A stretch of 64,000 bases of DNA from Dehalococcoidia bacterium (GCA_963663235.2 CAXXNO010000004.1:576001-640000), one strand, 5' to 3'. Numbered from the stretch's first letter, positions 1 through 12,076 are shown. Notes: a model not told the origin generated them from the letters alone. Made by a program: numbers and translations.

Positions 1-1162
1 CCGGCTGCACCGTTCCCACCAGCCGCTCCCGATAGCGCGCCGCGCTGCGCTCCGCCAGCGCCAGCAGCGTCTGCACCCGCTCGCGCTTCACCGGCGGCGG
101 CACGTCGTCGGGCAAGAGAGCGGCGCTGGTCCCCGGCCGGGACGAGTAGGGGAACACGTGCAGGTCGGCGAACGCGGCCTCCTCACACGTCGCCAGCGTG
201 CGCTGGAAATCCGCCTCCGTCTCCTGCGGAAAACCGGCGATGACGTCGGTGGTGACGGCGGCGCCGGGAACGGCGGCGCGGATCCAATCCAACGCGCGCA
301 AGAAGGCGCCCGTGTCGTAGCGACGGCGCATCCGCCGCAGGACGGGGTCTCTCCCGCTCTGGAGCGCCAGGTGGAAGTGGCGGCAGAGGCGGGCGTCCTC
401 CCACTGCGCCAGGAACTCCGGCGTGACGTCCTGTGGCTGAATCGACGAGTAGCGGATGCGCGGCAGCGCCGTCTCGGCCAGCAGCGCCTCCAGCAGCCGC
501 GCCGCGCTCGTGCCGTCCGAGCGGTCGCGGCCGTAGGCCCCCGGCTGTGTGCCGGTGAGCACGATCTCCAGCGCCCCCGCCGCTTCGCGCGCCTGCGCCG
601 CGCGGACGACCTCCGGAATCGGGATGCCGCGCTCCCGGCCTCGCACACGCGGCACGATGCAAAAGGCGCACACGTCGTCGCAGCCCTCCTGGATCTTGAC
701 GAACGCCCGCGTGCGCCCCGGCGCCGCTCGCGCCGGCCGGCCGGCCGAGAGGGGCCGCGTCCCGCCCAGCGCCTCCAGCAGCGCCGCTCCCGCCCGCTGT
801 TTGTCCGCGTTCCCCAGCACCACGTCCGCGCCCGTCTCCCTCGCCAGGGCTTCACCTGCGCGCTCCGCGTAGCAGCCCGTCACTACCACGGGGGCGTCGG
901 GTGAGAGCCGCTTCACCATGCGGACGAGTCGCCGCGCCTTGGCGTCGGCGACGTGCGTGATGGTGCAGGTGTTGATCAGGTAGCCGTCGGCCGGGACCGG
1001 CCGGTCGACGATGGTGCAGCCGGCCCTCTCCAGCTCTCGCGCCAGCGACTGCGTCTCCGCCTGATTGAGCTTGCAGCCCAACGTCAGCGTCGCCACCAAC
1101 GGGCGGCGTCGATCGCGCTCGCTGGGCGCCGGATCCAGGGCCTCGGCGGTGCGCTCGTGCAT
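1..1162 (-). CDS. mtaB: tRNA methylthiotransferase MtaB/MiaB-like radical SAM protein (3' end runs off window)
   Basis: Manual translation, not in ORF track: TLGCKLNQAE, NTCTIT, TGCYAE, VKIQEGCDDVCAFC (CxxxCxxC), HLALQSG, TDVIAGFP, HVFPYSSRPGT. Confidence 0.88.
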   Translation of the reverse strand, partial: MHERTAEALDPAPSERDRRRPLVATLTLGCKLNQAETQSLARELERAGCTIVDRPVPADGYLINTCTITHVADAKARRLVRMVKRLSPDAPVVVTGCYAERAGEALARETGADVVLGNADKQRAGAALLEALGGTRPLSAGRPARAAPGRTRAFVKIQEGCDDVCAFCIVPRVRGRERGIPIPEVVRAAQAREAAGALEIVLTGTQPGAYGRDRSDGTSAARLLEALLAETALPRIRYSSIQPQDVTPEFLAQWEDARLCRHFHLALQSGRDPVLRRMRRRYDTGAFLRALDWIRAAVPGAAVTTDVIAGFPQETEADFQRTLATCEEAAFADLHVFPYSSRPGTSAALLPDDVPPPVKRERVQTLLALAERSAARYRERLVGTVQP

Positions 1163-1290
1163 CGCGATCATGCTAGCGTCTGGCGTCGCGTCCCGAGCGA
1201 TGGCGGCTCGCCACATCTCCCTCATCTTCTACGATGGAAAAGTCGATGGCGGCGGGATGGCCGTTCTGACGGTTCTGACTGGAGGCGCAT

Positions 1291-1467
1291 GTGCGTGGCA
1301 TTGAGATCCTGCTGGTTCTGGTGCTCGTCGGCGCCGGGCTGTACGCGGCGGGAGTCTTGCCTTCGCCGGGGGTGATGCGCCTCTACTATCGCCTCCGTCT
1401 GGTCGCCCTGATCTGGGCGGCGATGATCATCATCTTCGCCATCAACCGAACGTTCGATATCGTGTGA
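1291..1467 (+). CDS. Small 58-aa two-helix membrane protein
   Basis: GGAGG at 1281 then GTG; translates MRGIEILLVLVLVGAGLYAAGVLPSPGVMRLYYRLRLVALIWAAMIIIFAINRTFDIV; ends 7 bp before glycerate kinase. Confidence 0.65.
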   Translation: MRGIEILLVLVLVGAGLYAAGVLPSPGVMRLYYRLRLVALIWAAMIIIFAINRTFDIV

Positions 1468-1474
1468 CGCCGTC

Positions 1475-2605
1475 ATGCGGGTGTTGCTTGCGCCGCAGGA
1501 GTTCAAGGGCAGCCTCACCACCATCGAGGCCGTCGAGGCGCTCGCCGACGGCGTGCGGCGGGCCGTGCCGGACGCTGAGATCGACCGTCTCCCCTTGGCC
1601 GACGGTGGCCCCGGCACCGTCCGGGCCTTGATCTTCGCGCGGGGCGGGCGCTTCTCCCTCTCCTCCGTGGAAGGACCGCTGGGCGACCCCGTCGCCGCCC
1701 GCTGGGGCCTCATCGATGACGGGCGCACCGCCGTGATCGAGATGGCGGCAGCCTCCGGCTTGCTCCATCTGCCGCCCGAGCGCCGAGACCCCCGGCGCAC
1801 CAGCAGCAGCGGCACGGGTGAGCTGATCCAGGCCGCGCTCGACGCCGGCGTCGAGCGCATCCTCGTCGGCGTCGGCGGCAGCGCCACCAACGACGGCGGC
1901 GCCGGCATGGCGGCCGCGCTCGGCGCCCGCCTCCTGGATGACGACGGTCACTTGTTGCCGCCCGGCGGGGCGGCCCTGGCCCGCCTCGCCCGCGTCGATA
2001 GCTCCCGCCTGGATCCGCGCCTCGATCGCGTCGAGGTGATCGCCCTCGTGGACGTAACCAATCCGCTCTGCGGCCCGGACGGGGCCAGCGCGGTCTACGG
2101 GCCGCAGAAGGGGGCGGATGCCGCGATGGTCGCCGAACTGGATCGCGCGCTGGCCAACTACGCGGCGATCGTCGAGCGCGACCGCGGTGTGGCCGTGGAG
2201 GCGCTGTCGGGCGCGGGCGCTGGCGGCGGCCTGGCGGCGGGGCTGGTGGCGTTCGCCGGCGCCCGCGTGGAGTCGGGCGTCGCGCTGATTGCGGAGGCCG
2301 CGCGGCTCCCGGAGCGGGTGGCGCGGGTGCAACTCGTGATCACCGGGGAGGGCCGCCTCGACCGCCAATCCACGTTCGGCAAGACCGTGGCGGGCGTGGC
2401 CGCCGCCGCCGCCGCGGCGGGTGTGCCCTGCGCGGCCGTGGCCGGCGCCATCGCAGATGAGGAGGCGGTGCACGCGATCCCCGGCCTCACGGATCTCGAG
2501 GCCGCCACGCCCCCCGGGCTCCCCCTCGCGGAAGCGATGCGTCGCGCGCCGGAGCTGGTGTCGGCGGCGGCGGAGCGCGTCGTGCGCCGCCTCCAGGCCG
2601 CCTAG
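1475..2605 (+). CDS. glxK: Glycerate kinase (GlxK/GarK family)
   Basis: APQEFKGSL, PLADGGPGT, EMAAASGL, GVGGSATNDGG, GPQKGA, GAGAGGG, ITGEGRLDRQS. Confidence 0.93.
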   Translation: MRVLLAPQEFKGSLTTIEAVEALADGVRRAVPDAEIDRLPLADGGPGTVRALIFARGGRFSLSSVEGPLGDPVAARWGLIDDGRTAVIEMAAASGLLHLPPERRDPRRTSSSGTGELIQAALDAGVERILVGVGGSATNDGGAGMAAALGARLLDDDGHLLPPGGAALARLARVDSSRLDPRLDRVEVIALVDVTNPLCGPDGASAVYGPQKGADAAMVAELDRALANYAAIVERDRGVAVEALSGAGAGGGLAAGLVAFAGARVESGVALIAEAARLPERVARVQLVITGEGRLDRQSTFGKTVAGVAAAAAAAGVPCAAVAGAIADEEAVHAIPGLTDLEAATPPGLPLAEAMRRAPELVSAAAERVVRRLQAA

Positions 2606-2970
2606 GCCAGCCCCAGCTCGTCCAGCCGCTCGTCGTCGATGCCGAAGTGGTGGGCCAGCTCGTGCAGCACGGTTTGCTGCACCTGCTCCACCACCTCCGC
2701 CTCGGACCCACAGATCGACTCGATCGATTCCTGGTAGATGAGGATCCGGTCGGGCAGCGTGCTGCCGTAATGATGCCCCCGAACGGTCAGGGGAATCCCT
2801 TGGTAAAGGCCCAGCAGCGTGCCGCGCTGCCCGACGCCGGCCGCCTCCAGCTCGTCCGTCGTAGGACGCGTGCGCACGAGCACTTCGACGTTGTCCAGAC
2901 GCTCCGCGAACGTCTCAGGGACCGAGTCGAGCGCTCTCTGGACCAACCGGCGAAATCGGACGCGATGCAT
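2602..2970 (-). CDS. Zincin-like metallopeptidase (Zincin_1/DUF1025)
   Basis: LLGLYQGIPL, PDRILIYQ, VLHELAHHFGI. Confidence 0.88.
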   Translation of the reverse strand: MHRVRFRRLVQRALDSVPETFAERLDNVEVLVRTRPTTDELEAAGVGQRGTLLGLYQGIPLTVRGHHYGSTLPDRILIYQESIESICGSEAEVVEQVQQTVLHELAHHFGIDDERLDELGLA

Positions 2971-3129
2971 TGGCTATGGCGGGCTCCGGCGCTGGGGCGC
3001 GCCTAGTTTAGCATCGCCGCTCCTATGCCTGCGATTCCTCGCGCGCCCACCGATGATCAAGGTATCTGCCCTGGCTCGGCGCGCCCCAGCGGCCGTCCTC
3101 TAGCCCGGTGCCCGCGGAAAGGCAACGCG

Positions 3130-3603
3130 ATGCGCAGCGCTCTCTGCCGCGCCCTCCGGTCGCTCCACCTGCCGCGTTTGCGGCGGCGCAGCCGTCTGGA
3201 GCGTCTGGTCGAGGAGGCCCTGCGATCCGGCGTCGGGTTGTATCGCCATACCTGGCTGATCAAGGCCCAGCCGGTCGGGCCGCAGGCGCTCACCGATCTG
3301 GCCGAGACCGTGAAGAACTGGTGCGCCCAGGAGATGGGCAAGACCCGCCGCCCCTACGGCATTGACCACATGGCCTTGGGCATCGCCTGCGCGGCGCCCG
3401 GCCGCGATCCGATCGCGAGTGCGACGGTCGGCGTCTTCCGCTCCGCCGACTTCTACCGCGATGGCGGCGCCGGCGACCAGGTGGCGGCGTTCGTTCGCTC
3501 TCTGTCGCTTCCGGCGATCAACGGGGAGCCGGACGCCGTGCGAGTCGCGGTCGCCCTCTTCTCCTGGGGCGACGTTGCCCGCGCGACCGTCTACCGTGAC
3601 TGA
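3130..3603 (+). CDS. Hypothetical protein
   Basis: Protein-like composition, GC-rich third codon positions; start uncertain. Confidence 0.55.
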   Translation: MRSALCRALRSLHLPRLRRRSRLERLVEEALRSGVGLYRHTWLIKAQPVGPQALTDLAETVKNWCAQEMGKTRRPYGIDHMALGIACAAPGRDPIASATVGVFRSADFYRDGGAGDQVAAFVRSLSLPAINGEPDAVRVAVALFSWGDVARATVYRD

Positions 3604-3830
3604 CCGCGCAAGGTCTCCGTGGCGATCTCCTCGGCGATGCGCTGGACCGCACCCCCCTCGCTGGTAAGCGCTTCGCAGATCAGCAGGAGGTCGGGCCGCG
3701 CCACCGTCTCGCCGGCGCGCAGCCCGAGCAGGCGGATCGCCCGATCGACCAGATCGTCAGCCCGGCTCGTCGAACCCACCGCCGGTCGCAGGGCGGCCAG
3801 GAGGTCGTGGCGCGTGCGGATCGGTTCCAT
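3591..3830 (-). CDS. Hypothetical small helical protein
   Basis: 79-aa ORF with amphipathic helical pattern. Confidence 0.5.
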   Translation of the reverse strand: MEPIRTRHDLLAALRPAVGSTSRADDLVDRAIRLLGLRAGETVARPDLLLICEALTSEGGAVQRIAEEIATETLRGQSR

Positions 3831-3943
3831 TTATGGAGGATCGCGCCTCCGCGCGCCGTGCAGATCGGGAAAGAGCCGAACGGTCTGGGGAAAGTCCCTG
3901 ATTTGCCCCGATTCGGCCGATCTGGCCCCGGGAGCGGCGGGCC

Positions 3944-6148
3944 CTAGAAGACGATGCCGCTCAGCAGGGTGCTCTCCAGGATCCGCCGGGCGATGGGGCC
4001 GGCATCGTCGGCGCCGGATTCCCCGTCTTCGAGCACCACGGTGACTATCAGGCTGGGATCGCCGATGTTGGCGTAGGCCACGAAGAGGGCATGGCTCTGC
4101 TCCTCCCGATCTTCCGCCGTCCCCGACTTCCCCGCCACCGCCAGCGCCGAGCCGTTGAACGGGACCCAGCCGGTCCCGCGGCGGCTGGAAATGACCAGCC
4201 GCGCCGCCCCTTGCAGGTAGTCCAGCGTCTCCGCGGACACGGGCAGCACGCCGATTGACTCCGCCTCAAACTCCCGCACGGTCTCCCCGTCCGCGGTCCG
4301 CACGGCCTGCACCGCGAGGGGAGTGCGGACGATGCCGTCTGTCGCCATCGCGGCGTAGGCGATGGTGATCTGGAGCGGGGTCACGAGCAAGAACCCCTGG
4401 CCGATGCTCATGTTGACCGTGTCGCCCGTGTACCAGAAATCGTTGCGGTTCACGCGCTTCCAGTCCGGTCCGGGATTGACGCCGGCGGCGTCGTTCAGCC
4501 CTACGATGCCCGTCGATCGGCCGAAGCCGAAGCCGCTGGCGAACTGGCTCAGGAGCCCTTCGTCTTTCGAGTGCAGCGCGGCGCCGATCTGGTAGAAGAC
4601 CGAGTTGCAGGACTCCGCCAGCGCTTCTTCCAGCGAGAGGAAGCCGCTGTCCTCTTCCTTCCAGTTGCGCAGCGGCGTCTCCTCGCCCAGCCCCGTCCAG
4701 ACCGCCGGGCAGTCCAGGCGCGACGCCGCGTCGAAGCCGCCGGCTTCCAGTCCGGCGGCCAGCGTCACGACCTTGAAGACGGAACCGGGCGGGTAGAGCC
4801 GCTCCACGGGCCGGTTCACGAACGGCTGCAACTCGTCCTCGAAGTAGCGGGTGAACTCCTCATCGGTGAGGCCGCGAATGAACGCGTTGGGGTCGAAGCG
4901 CGGATAGGAGGCCAGGGCCAGCAGCTCCTGGCTGCGGGGATCCAGCACGACGATCGCGCCCGCTCGGTCTTCCAGCGCGAACTCCGCGATGCGCTGGACG
5001 CGGACGTCGATCGTCAGATAGACGTCCTGGGCCGGATCCATGGACCGCGCCGCGATCTCCCGCACCAAGCTCCCGCCCGGGCCGATGATCGTGAGCAGCC
5101 CGCCGCGCTGCCCGGCCAGTTCGTCCTCGAAGATCGCCTCCACGCCGTCGCGCCCCACCATGTCGCCCGGCCGGTAGCCCTCCACGGCGCGCTCGGCCAA
5201 CTCTTCTTCGTTGATCTCGGCCAAAAAACCGATCACGTGCGAGGCCAAAGTGTCCTGCGGATAGACGCGGCGCGTCTCGCGTTGCACCAATATCCCCATC
5301 GCGGCCCGTTGTTCGAAATCGGCGATCACGTCCGGATGCGCGTCGTAGGGGAGCCGGGCGACCGGGATGAAGAAGTACGAGGGCACGTCTTGGAAGATCA
5401 GGTCGCGCACGGTCTCCTCGTCGAGTTCCAACTGCTCAACCAGGAGCTCGATCACGGCGTCGATATCGTCGATCAAATCGTGGGCCACGCCGACCACCGC
5501 GACCTGGCCCTGCGTCGCCAGCGGCACGCCGCTCCGGTCGAAGATGTTGCCGCGCTCGGGCACCTCCACGAAGCGATGGACCAGGTGGTCCGGTTCGTCC
5601 AGCCCCACGAAGATCAGGGCCGGGCTCCATTCCACCGTCCAGTTCGGCTGCCGCCGTGTGGCGGCGAACACGCGCTCTTCAATCGGACCGAAGAAGGTGC
5701 TCTCGTAGCGCACGATCACTTCGATGCCGGCCACATTCTCACCCGGCGGCGGCACGATCTCGTAACTCATGCTCGTGATCGAGGCTTCGTTCCAGATGTC
5801 GCGGTAGCGCTCGCTGAACCGCGCGGCGTCGATGCTCTCCCGCACCTCCAGGCTCACCAGCCGGTACGCGTCTTCAAAGCGCTCCGCGGCGATGAGGCTG
5901 AAGAACTTCTGGACGGCTTCCAGGGCCGTCCGGGGTGCAATGGACGGGTCCAGCAGCTCTTCCGGCGGCGGGGCGGTCAGGGATCCATCGTCCTCGGCCG
6001 CCGCGGCGGCATCGGCCGCGGCGTCCTCGGCGCTGGGGAAGAAGCGGCCCAGGTCATCCGTGCTGTCGGAGGCGCAGGCCGCGCCGATCAGGGCGATGCC
6101 GAGGATGATGGTCGCAAGCGCGCGGGCGCGTGGTCGGCGCTCCGGCAT
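3944..6148 (-). CDS. mrdA: Class B penicillin-binding protein (PBP2-like) with lipoprotein signal and NTF2-like N-terminal domain
   Basis: Lipobox IGAAC; RGNIFDRSG, RVYP, GRDGVE; catalytic SVFK, SCN, KSG. Confidence 0.85.
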   Translation of the reverse strand: MPERRPRARALATIILGIALIGAACASDSTDDLGRFFPSAEDAAADAAAAAEDDGSLTAPPPEELLDPSIAPRTALEAVQKFFSLIAAERFEDAYRLVSLEVRESIDAARFSERYRDIWNEASITSMSYEIVPPPGENVAGIEVIVRYESTFFGPIEERVFAATRRQPNWTVEWSPALIFVGLDEPDHLVHRFVEVPERGNIFDRSGVPLATQGQVAVVGVAHDLIDDIDAVIELLVEQLELDEETVRDLIFQDVPSYFFIPVARLPYDAHPDVIADFEQRAAMGILVQRETRRVYPQDTLASHVIGFLAEINEEELAERAVEGYRPGDMVGRDGVEAIFEDELAGQRGGLLTIIGPGGSLVREIAARSMDPAQDVYLTIDVRVQRIAEFALEDRAGAIVVLDPRSQELLALASYPRFDPNAFIRGLTDEEFTRYFEDELQPFVNRPVERLYPPGSVFKVVTLAAGLEAGGFDAASRLDCPAVWTGLGEETPLRNWKEEDSGFLSLEEALAESCNSVFYQIGAALHSKDEGLLSQFASGFGFGRSTGIVGLNDAAGVNPGPDWKRVNRNDFWYTGDTVNMSIGQGFLLVTPLQITIAYAAMATDGIVRTPLAVQAVRTADGETVREFEAESIGVLPVSAETLDYLQGAARLVISSRRGTGWVPFNGSALAVAGKSGTAEDREEQSHALFVAYANIGDPSLIVTVVLEDGESGADDAGPIARRILESTLLSGIVF

Positions 6149-6243
6149 CCGTTCTCTCTGTCGCCCCGCCAGATCCTGCCTAAGCGAGTATAGCGGAGCG
6201 CGCGGCCGGTCCGGACCAGACGGGCCGCTACACTCTGCGGTGC

Positions 6244-7413
6244 ATGGGCATCCATCGAACGCCCCGGATCTGGCCCCGCGGGCCGTTCCGCCCGTTCGCT
6301 GCGGCGGTGCTGGCCCTCGCCCTGCTGAGCGCGGGCTGCGGCGGCGACGGCGACACGAGCGGCGCTCCCGCCGGGGCGGAGAGCCCCGCTGTGCCCCCGG
6401 CCAATCCTCGCTCGTTCGGCATGGGGTTCACCGTGGTGCCCGCGGAGCTGTCGGACGCGGCCTATCGAGGCTTGTTCGCTAAGGCGGCGCAATCTGGCGA
6501 CCTCGTGATGATCCAGCGGGCCGTGCCCTGGGCGGAGCTGGCGCCCGATACCGCGCTCTCGCCCGAAGCCGAGGCCACCATCGCCCGTGAGCGGGCGCTG
6601 CTGGACGAGTTCGGGCTGGAGGTGCTGTTCGCCATCGACCCCTTTGAGCCCACCGACCGCAGCCGGCTCACGGAGGGCGCCCCCGGCGACTCGTTCACCG
6701 ACGCGGCGGTGGTCGATGCCTACCTGGCCTACGTGGATCTGGTGCTGGACCGCTACCACCCACGCTGGCTGGCGCTGGCGGTAGACGTCGACCAGATCGC
6801 GCGCGGTCGCGCGGAGAGTTTCGGGGAGTTCGAGCAGGCGTACCGCCGCGCCTACGATCGAGTCAAGGAGCGCAGCCCCCAGACGCTCGCCTTCGCCACC
6901 TTCCAGTTGGAGGACCTCCAGGGCTTGTTGGCATGGACGGCGCCGCATTCACCCCAGTGGCAACTGATGCTTCGCTTCTCGGACGCCCTGGACCTGCTGG
7001 CCGTCAGCACGTTCCCTTCGTTCATCTTTCCCTTCGCCACGGAGATCCCGTCGGAGTATTTTTCGCGCCTAGCCGCGTTCGAGAAGCCGTTGGCGCTGGT
7101 CCCGGTCGGCTACGCTTCGTCCCCCGGCCGGGGCGGGGTGACCTACGGGACGGTCTCTGGGCAGCGCGCCTTCCTGGAGCGGCTGCTCGTCGAGGCCGAG
7201 GCCCAAGAATGGGAGCTGATCGTCTGGCTGGCGCCGCAGGACCCGGACTACGCTACCGCTCCGCCGTATGATCTGGTGGCGCGCATGGGCCTGACCGACG
7301 CCCGCGGGATCCCCAAGCCCGCGTGGGAAACCTGGCGCCAAGAGGCGGAGCGACCCTGGCGGCCGGCCGCTGAGGCCTTGCCCCTGCAGCCGGAAGGAGG
7401 AACGGATGCCTGA
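6244..7413 (+). CDS. Lipoprotein with putative glycoside hydrolase clan A TIM-barrel fold
   Basis: Lipobox LSAGC; pattern YHPRWLAL..., AVSTFP, KPLAL..GY, MGL...GIPKPAW resembles GH5/GH53-like proteins. Confidence 0.6.
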   Translation: MGIHRTPRIWPRGPFRPFAAAVLALALLSAGCGGDGDTSGAPAGAESPAVPPANPRSFGMGFTVVPAELSDAAYRGLFAKAAQSGDLVMIQRAVPWAELAPDTALSPEAEATIARERALLDEFGLEVLFAIDPFEPTDRSRLTEGAPGDSFTDAAVVDAYLAYVDLVLDRYHPRWLALAVDVDQIARGRAESFGEFEQAYRRAYDRVKERSPQTLAFATFQLEDLQGLLAWTAPHSPQWQLMLRFSDALDLLAVSTFPSFIFPFATEIPSEYFSRLAAFEKPLALVPVGYASSPGRGGVTYGTVSGQRAFLERLLVEAEAQEWELIVWLAPQDPDYATAPPYDLVARMGLTDARGIPKPAWETWRQEAERPWRPAAEALPLQPEGGTDA

Positions 7414-8050
7414 CGCCCCCACGTACAACGAAGCGCGGCCGATGCGAATGACGGTGGTCTCCGACTACATCTGACCGTGGTGCTACATCGGCATGGCTCG
7501 CACGGACCGCATGGTCCGCGAGTTTGCTGTCGAAGCCGAATGGGTGCCATTCGAACTCCATCCCGAGATCCCCGCCGACGGCTTCCGCCGCGACGAGCGT
7601 CGCCCCTTGATGAACGCCGAGGTGCGCGCCCACCTGAAGCAGGTGGCGGAGGAGAGTGACCTGCAACTTGTCGGCAACCCCATCATGGCCAACAGTCACA
7701 ACGCGCTCGCGGCGACCGAATGGGCCCGCGATCAGGGCGGCGATGCCTTCGACAAGCTGCACCGCGCCCTCTTCGGCGCCTACTTCGCCGATCAGCGCAA
7801 CATCAGCACGATCGCGGAGATCGTCTCCGTGGCGGAGGAGCAGGGGCTGGACGGCGCCGCCCTGGGCGCCGTCCTGGAGGCGCGACGCTACAGCGACCGC
7901 GTGGCGGAGACGACGAAGGAACTGCGGGAGCGCAGCGTGCACAGCACTCCCAGCTTTCTCTTTGAGGACCGCTACATGATCATGGGGGCGCAGGACTTCG
8001 AGACCTTCGCCGACGTCTTGACCCGCCTGGGGGTGCCGCGCCGCGCGTAG
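7406..8050 (+). CDS. DsbA/FrnE-family oxidoreductase, probable selenoprotein (UPWC)
   Basis: AGGAGG RBS, ATG at 7406; VVSDYI-TGA-PWCYIG in frame with ORF 7493..8050 (PFELHP, STPSF, GAQ); TGA at 7472-7474. Confidence 0.85.
7489..7529 (+). promoter_or_regulatory. Putative bacterial SECIS hairpin
   Basis: CTCGC-AC-GGACC-GCAT-GGTCC-GCGAG stem-loop with extendable lower stem; G-first apical loop 34 nt after the UGA. Confidence 0.65.
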
Positions 8051-8153
8051 CCGCCAGGGCGGACGGCCTCCGCCGGCCGGCCGAACCTGCCGCGGACGCG
8101 GCGACCGCTCTATCGGGCCGCGCTGCTAGGATGGATGCAGGCCCGAACCCGTC

Positions 8154-9116
8154 GTGCGGTTCGGGCGCAAGAAACGGAAGACGCCGCTGCGCGCTTCCAT
8201 CATCAAGCGAGGACTGCCGCTGGCGCTGGTCGCGGCCGCGGCGTTGCTCATGGCCCAGCTTCCGCGTGGGCCCGGCGCGCTGGCCGGCGAGGTCCCCGCC
8301 GACGAACATCTCTTCTTCGGCGAGACGGCCAACATCACAGTCGATGGCGGGCCCTTGCCGGAGGGCGCCCAACTTGAGGCGCTCGACGCCGACGGCCGCG
8401 TGGTGGCGACAGGAAGCATCAGCCCGTCCCACGGGAATTGGGGCATCCTGGTCCCCGCCGATGGCGGCCCCATCCGCCTGCGCGTCGGCGCCGCCGTTTC
8501 GGAGCCCTTGGACCCCTCCCCGCCCGGCGGCGCGACCGAGGTGACGGCGCTCGTCCTGCGCACCCGCCTCACCGCTACGCGCAGCGTGGCGCTGGTGGCG
8601 GGGACCAACGGCCTGACCTACTCCGGGCTCGCCGCTCTCGACCCCGGCATCGTGCAAGATCAACTGGCCGACCCGGGCGCGCTCCTGGCGCTGTTCCAGT
8701 GGGACGCGCTCGTCCAGGACTGGCTCAGCTGGCGCCCCAACGTCCCGACCTTCGTCAATTCACTCACCAGCCTGGCGGCCAATGTGCCGCTCTTCCTGAT
8801 CCTCTCGCGCTCGACACTGTGGACCGGGCCCGTCGACGCGTACGGCGCGGGCGCCTGGGCGCTGCGCCCCGGATTTGTCGCCATGCCGTATCTGGGACCG
8901 GACGGCGTGAGCCCACGGCTGGCGTTCGGCCAGATCGGCGATCCGCTCAGTGTGGAAGCGATCTACCGCCTCAACGCCCGGACCCAGACCTACGACGTCT
9001 ATCGGCGCGACGGTCCCGACATTGCCAACACGCTGGGGCCGCTAAACCGCTTCGACGTGCTGTTCGTCCAGGTCACCAGCCCGACCGAGTGGAGCTACGC
9101 CCTCTTCACGCCCTGA
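8154..9116 (+). CDS. Secreted/surface protein with duplicated C-terminal domain
   Basis: Basic plus hydrophobic signal peptide; two similar ~90-aa beta-rich units. Confidence 0.65.
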   Translation: MRFGRKKRKTPLRASIIKRGLPLALVAAAALLMAQLPRGPGALAGEVPADEHLFFGETANITVDGGPLPEGAQLEALDADGRVVATGSISPSHGNWGILVPADGGPIRLRVGAAVSEPLDPSPPGGATEVTALVLRTRLTATRSVALVAGTNGLTYSGLAALDPGIVQDQLADPGALLALFQWDALVQDWLSWRPNVPTFVNSLTSLAANVPLFLILSRSTLWTGPVDAYGAGAWALRPGFVAMPYLGPDGVSPRLAFGQIGDPLSVEAIYRLNARTQTYDVYRRDGPDIANTLGPLNRFDVLFVQVTSPTEWSYALFTP

Positions 9117-9198
9117 CGCCCCGCCGGATGCCAGATCCGGGAGGCCCGGCCGCCATCGCCCGGACCTCGTACGCAGGAGCTCAGAACGGGCGCGCTCC

Positions 9199-11679
<2,481 letters not shown>

Positions 11680-11710
11680 GGCAATCTCTCCTCGGCGGGG
11701 CGGCGCCCCG

Positions 11711-12052
11711 TTACTCGCGGCCGAACTCGCGCGGAACCGGCAGGTACCGGTCGCGCTCGCGCTGCAACTGCTCTTTCAGCGCATGTAGCTCTGCGGCGAG
11801 CTGGTCGATGCGCTCGTTGAGGCGCAGGATCACGTCCACGCCGGCGATGTTCACGCCCAGCTCCTCCACGAACCGGCGGATCAGCTGCAGCCGCTCAATG
11901 TCTTCCTCGGAATACATGCGCACGCCGCCGCCGGAGCGGGCGGGGCGCACCAGCCCCTCGCGCTCGTAGGCGCGCAGGGTCTGCGCGTGCACGCCGATCA
12001 TCCGTGCGGCCACGCTGATCACGTAGACGGGCTCATTGATCCGTGCGGGCAC
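11711..12052 (-). CDS. hspR: MerR-family heat shock repressor HspR
   Basis: PVYVISVAARMIGVHAQTLRAYER, LGVNIAGV; located between dnaJ and clp. Confidence 0.88.
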   Translation of the reverse strand: MPARINEPVYVISVAARMIGVHAQTLRAYEREGLVRPARSGGGVRMYSEEDIERLQLIRRFVEELGVNIAGVDVILRLNERIDQLAAELHALKEQLQRERDRYLPVPREFGRE

Positions 12053-12076
12053 GGCGCTGTTCCTTTCCCAGCGGCC

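Noticed and set aside
3840-3943. Possible c-di-GMP riboswitch (GGGCAAA on minus strand)
   Set aside because: The remaining consensus (GAAA tetraloop, GACGCAAAG) is absent
7493-8050. ORF-track start at 7493 for the DsbA-like gene
   Set aside because: It would omit the redox motif; the upstream RBS, ATG and in-frame UGA explain the gene better
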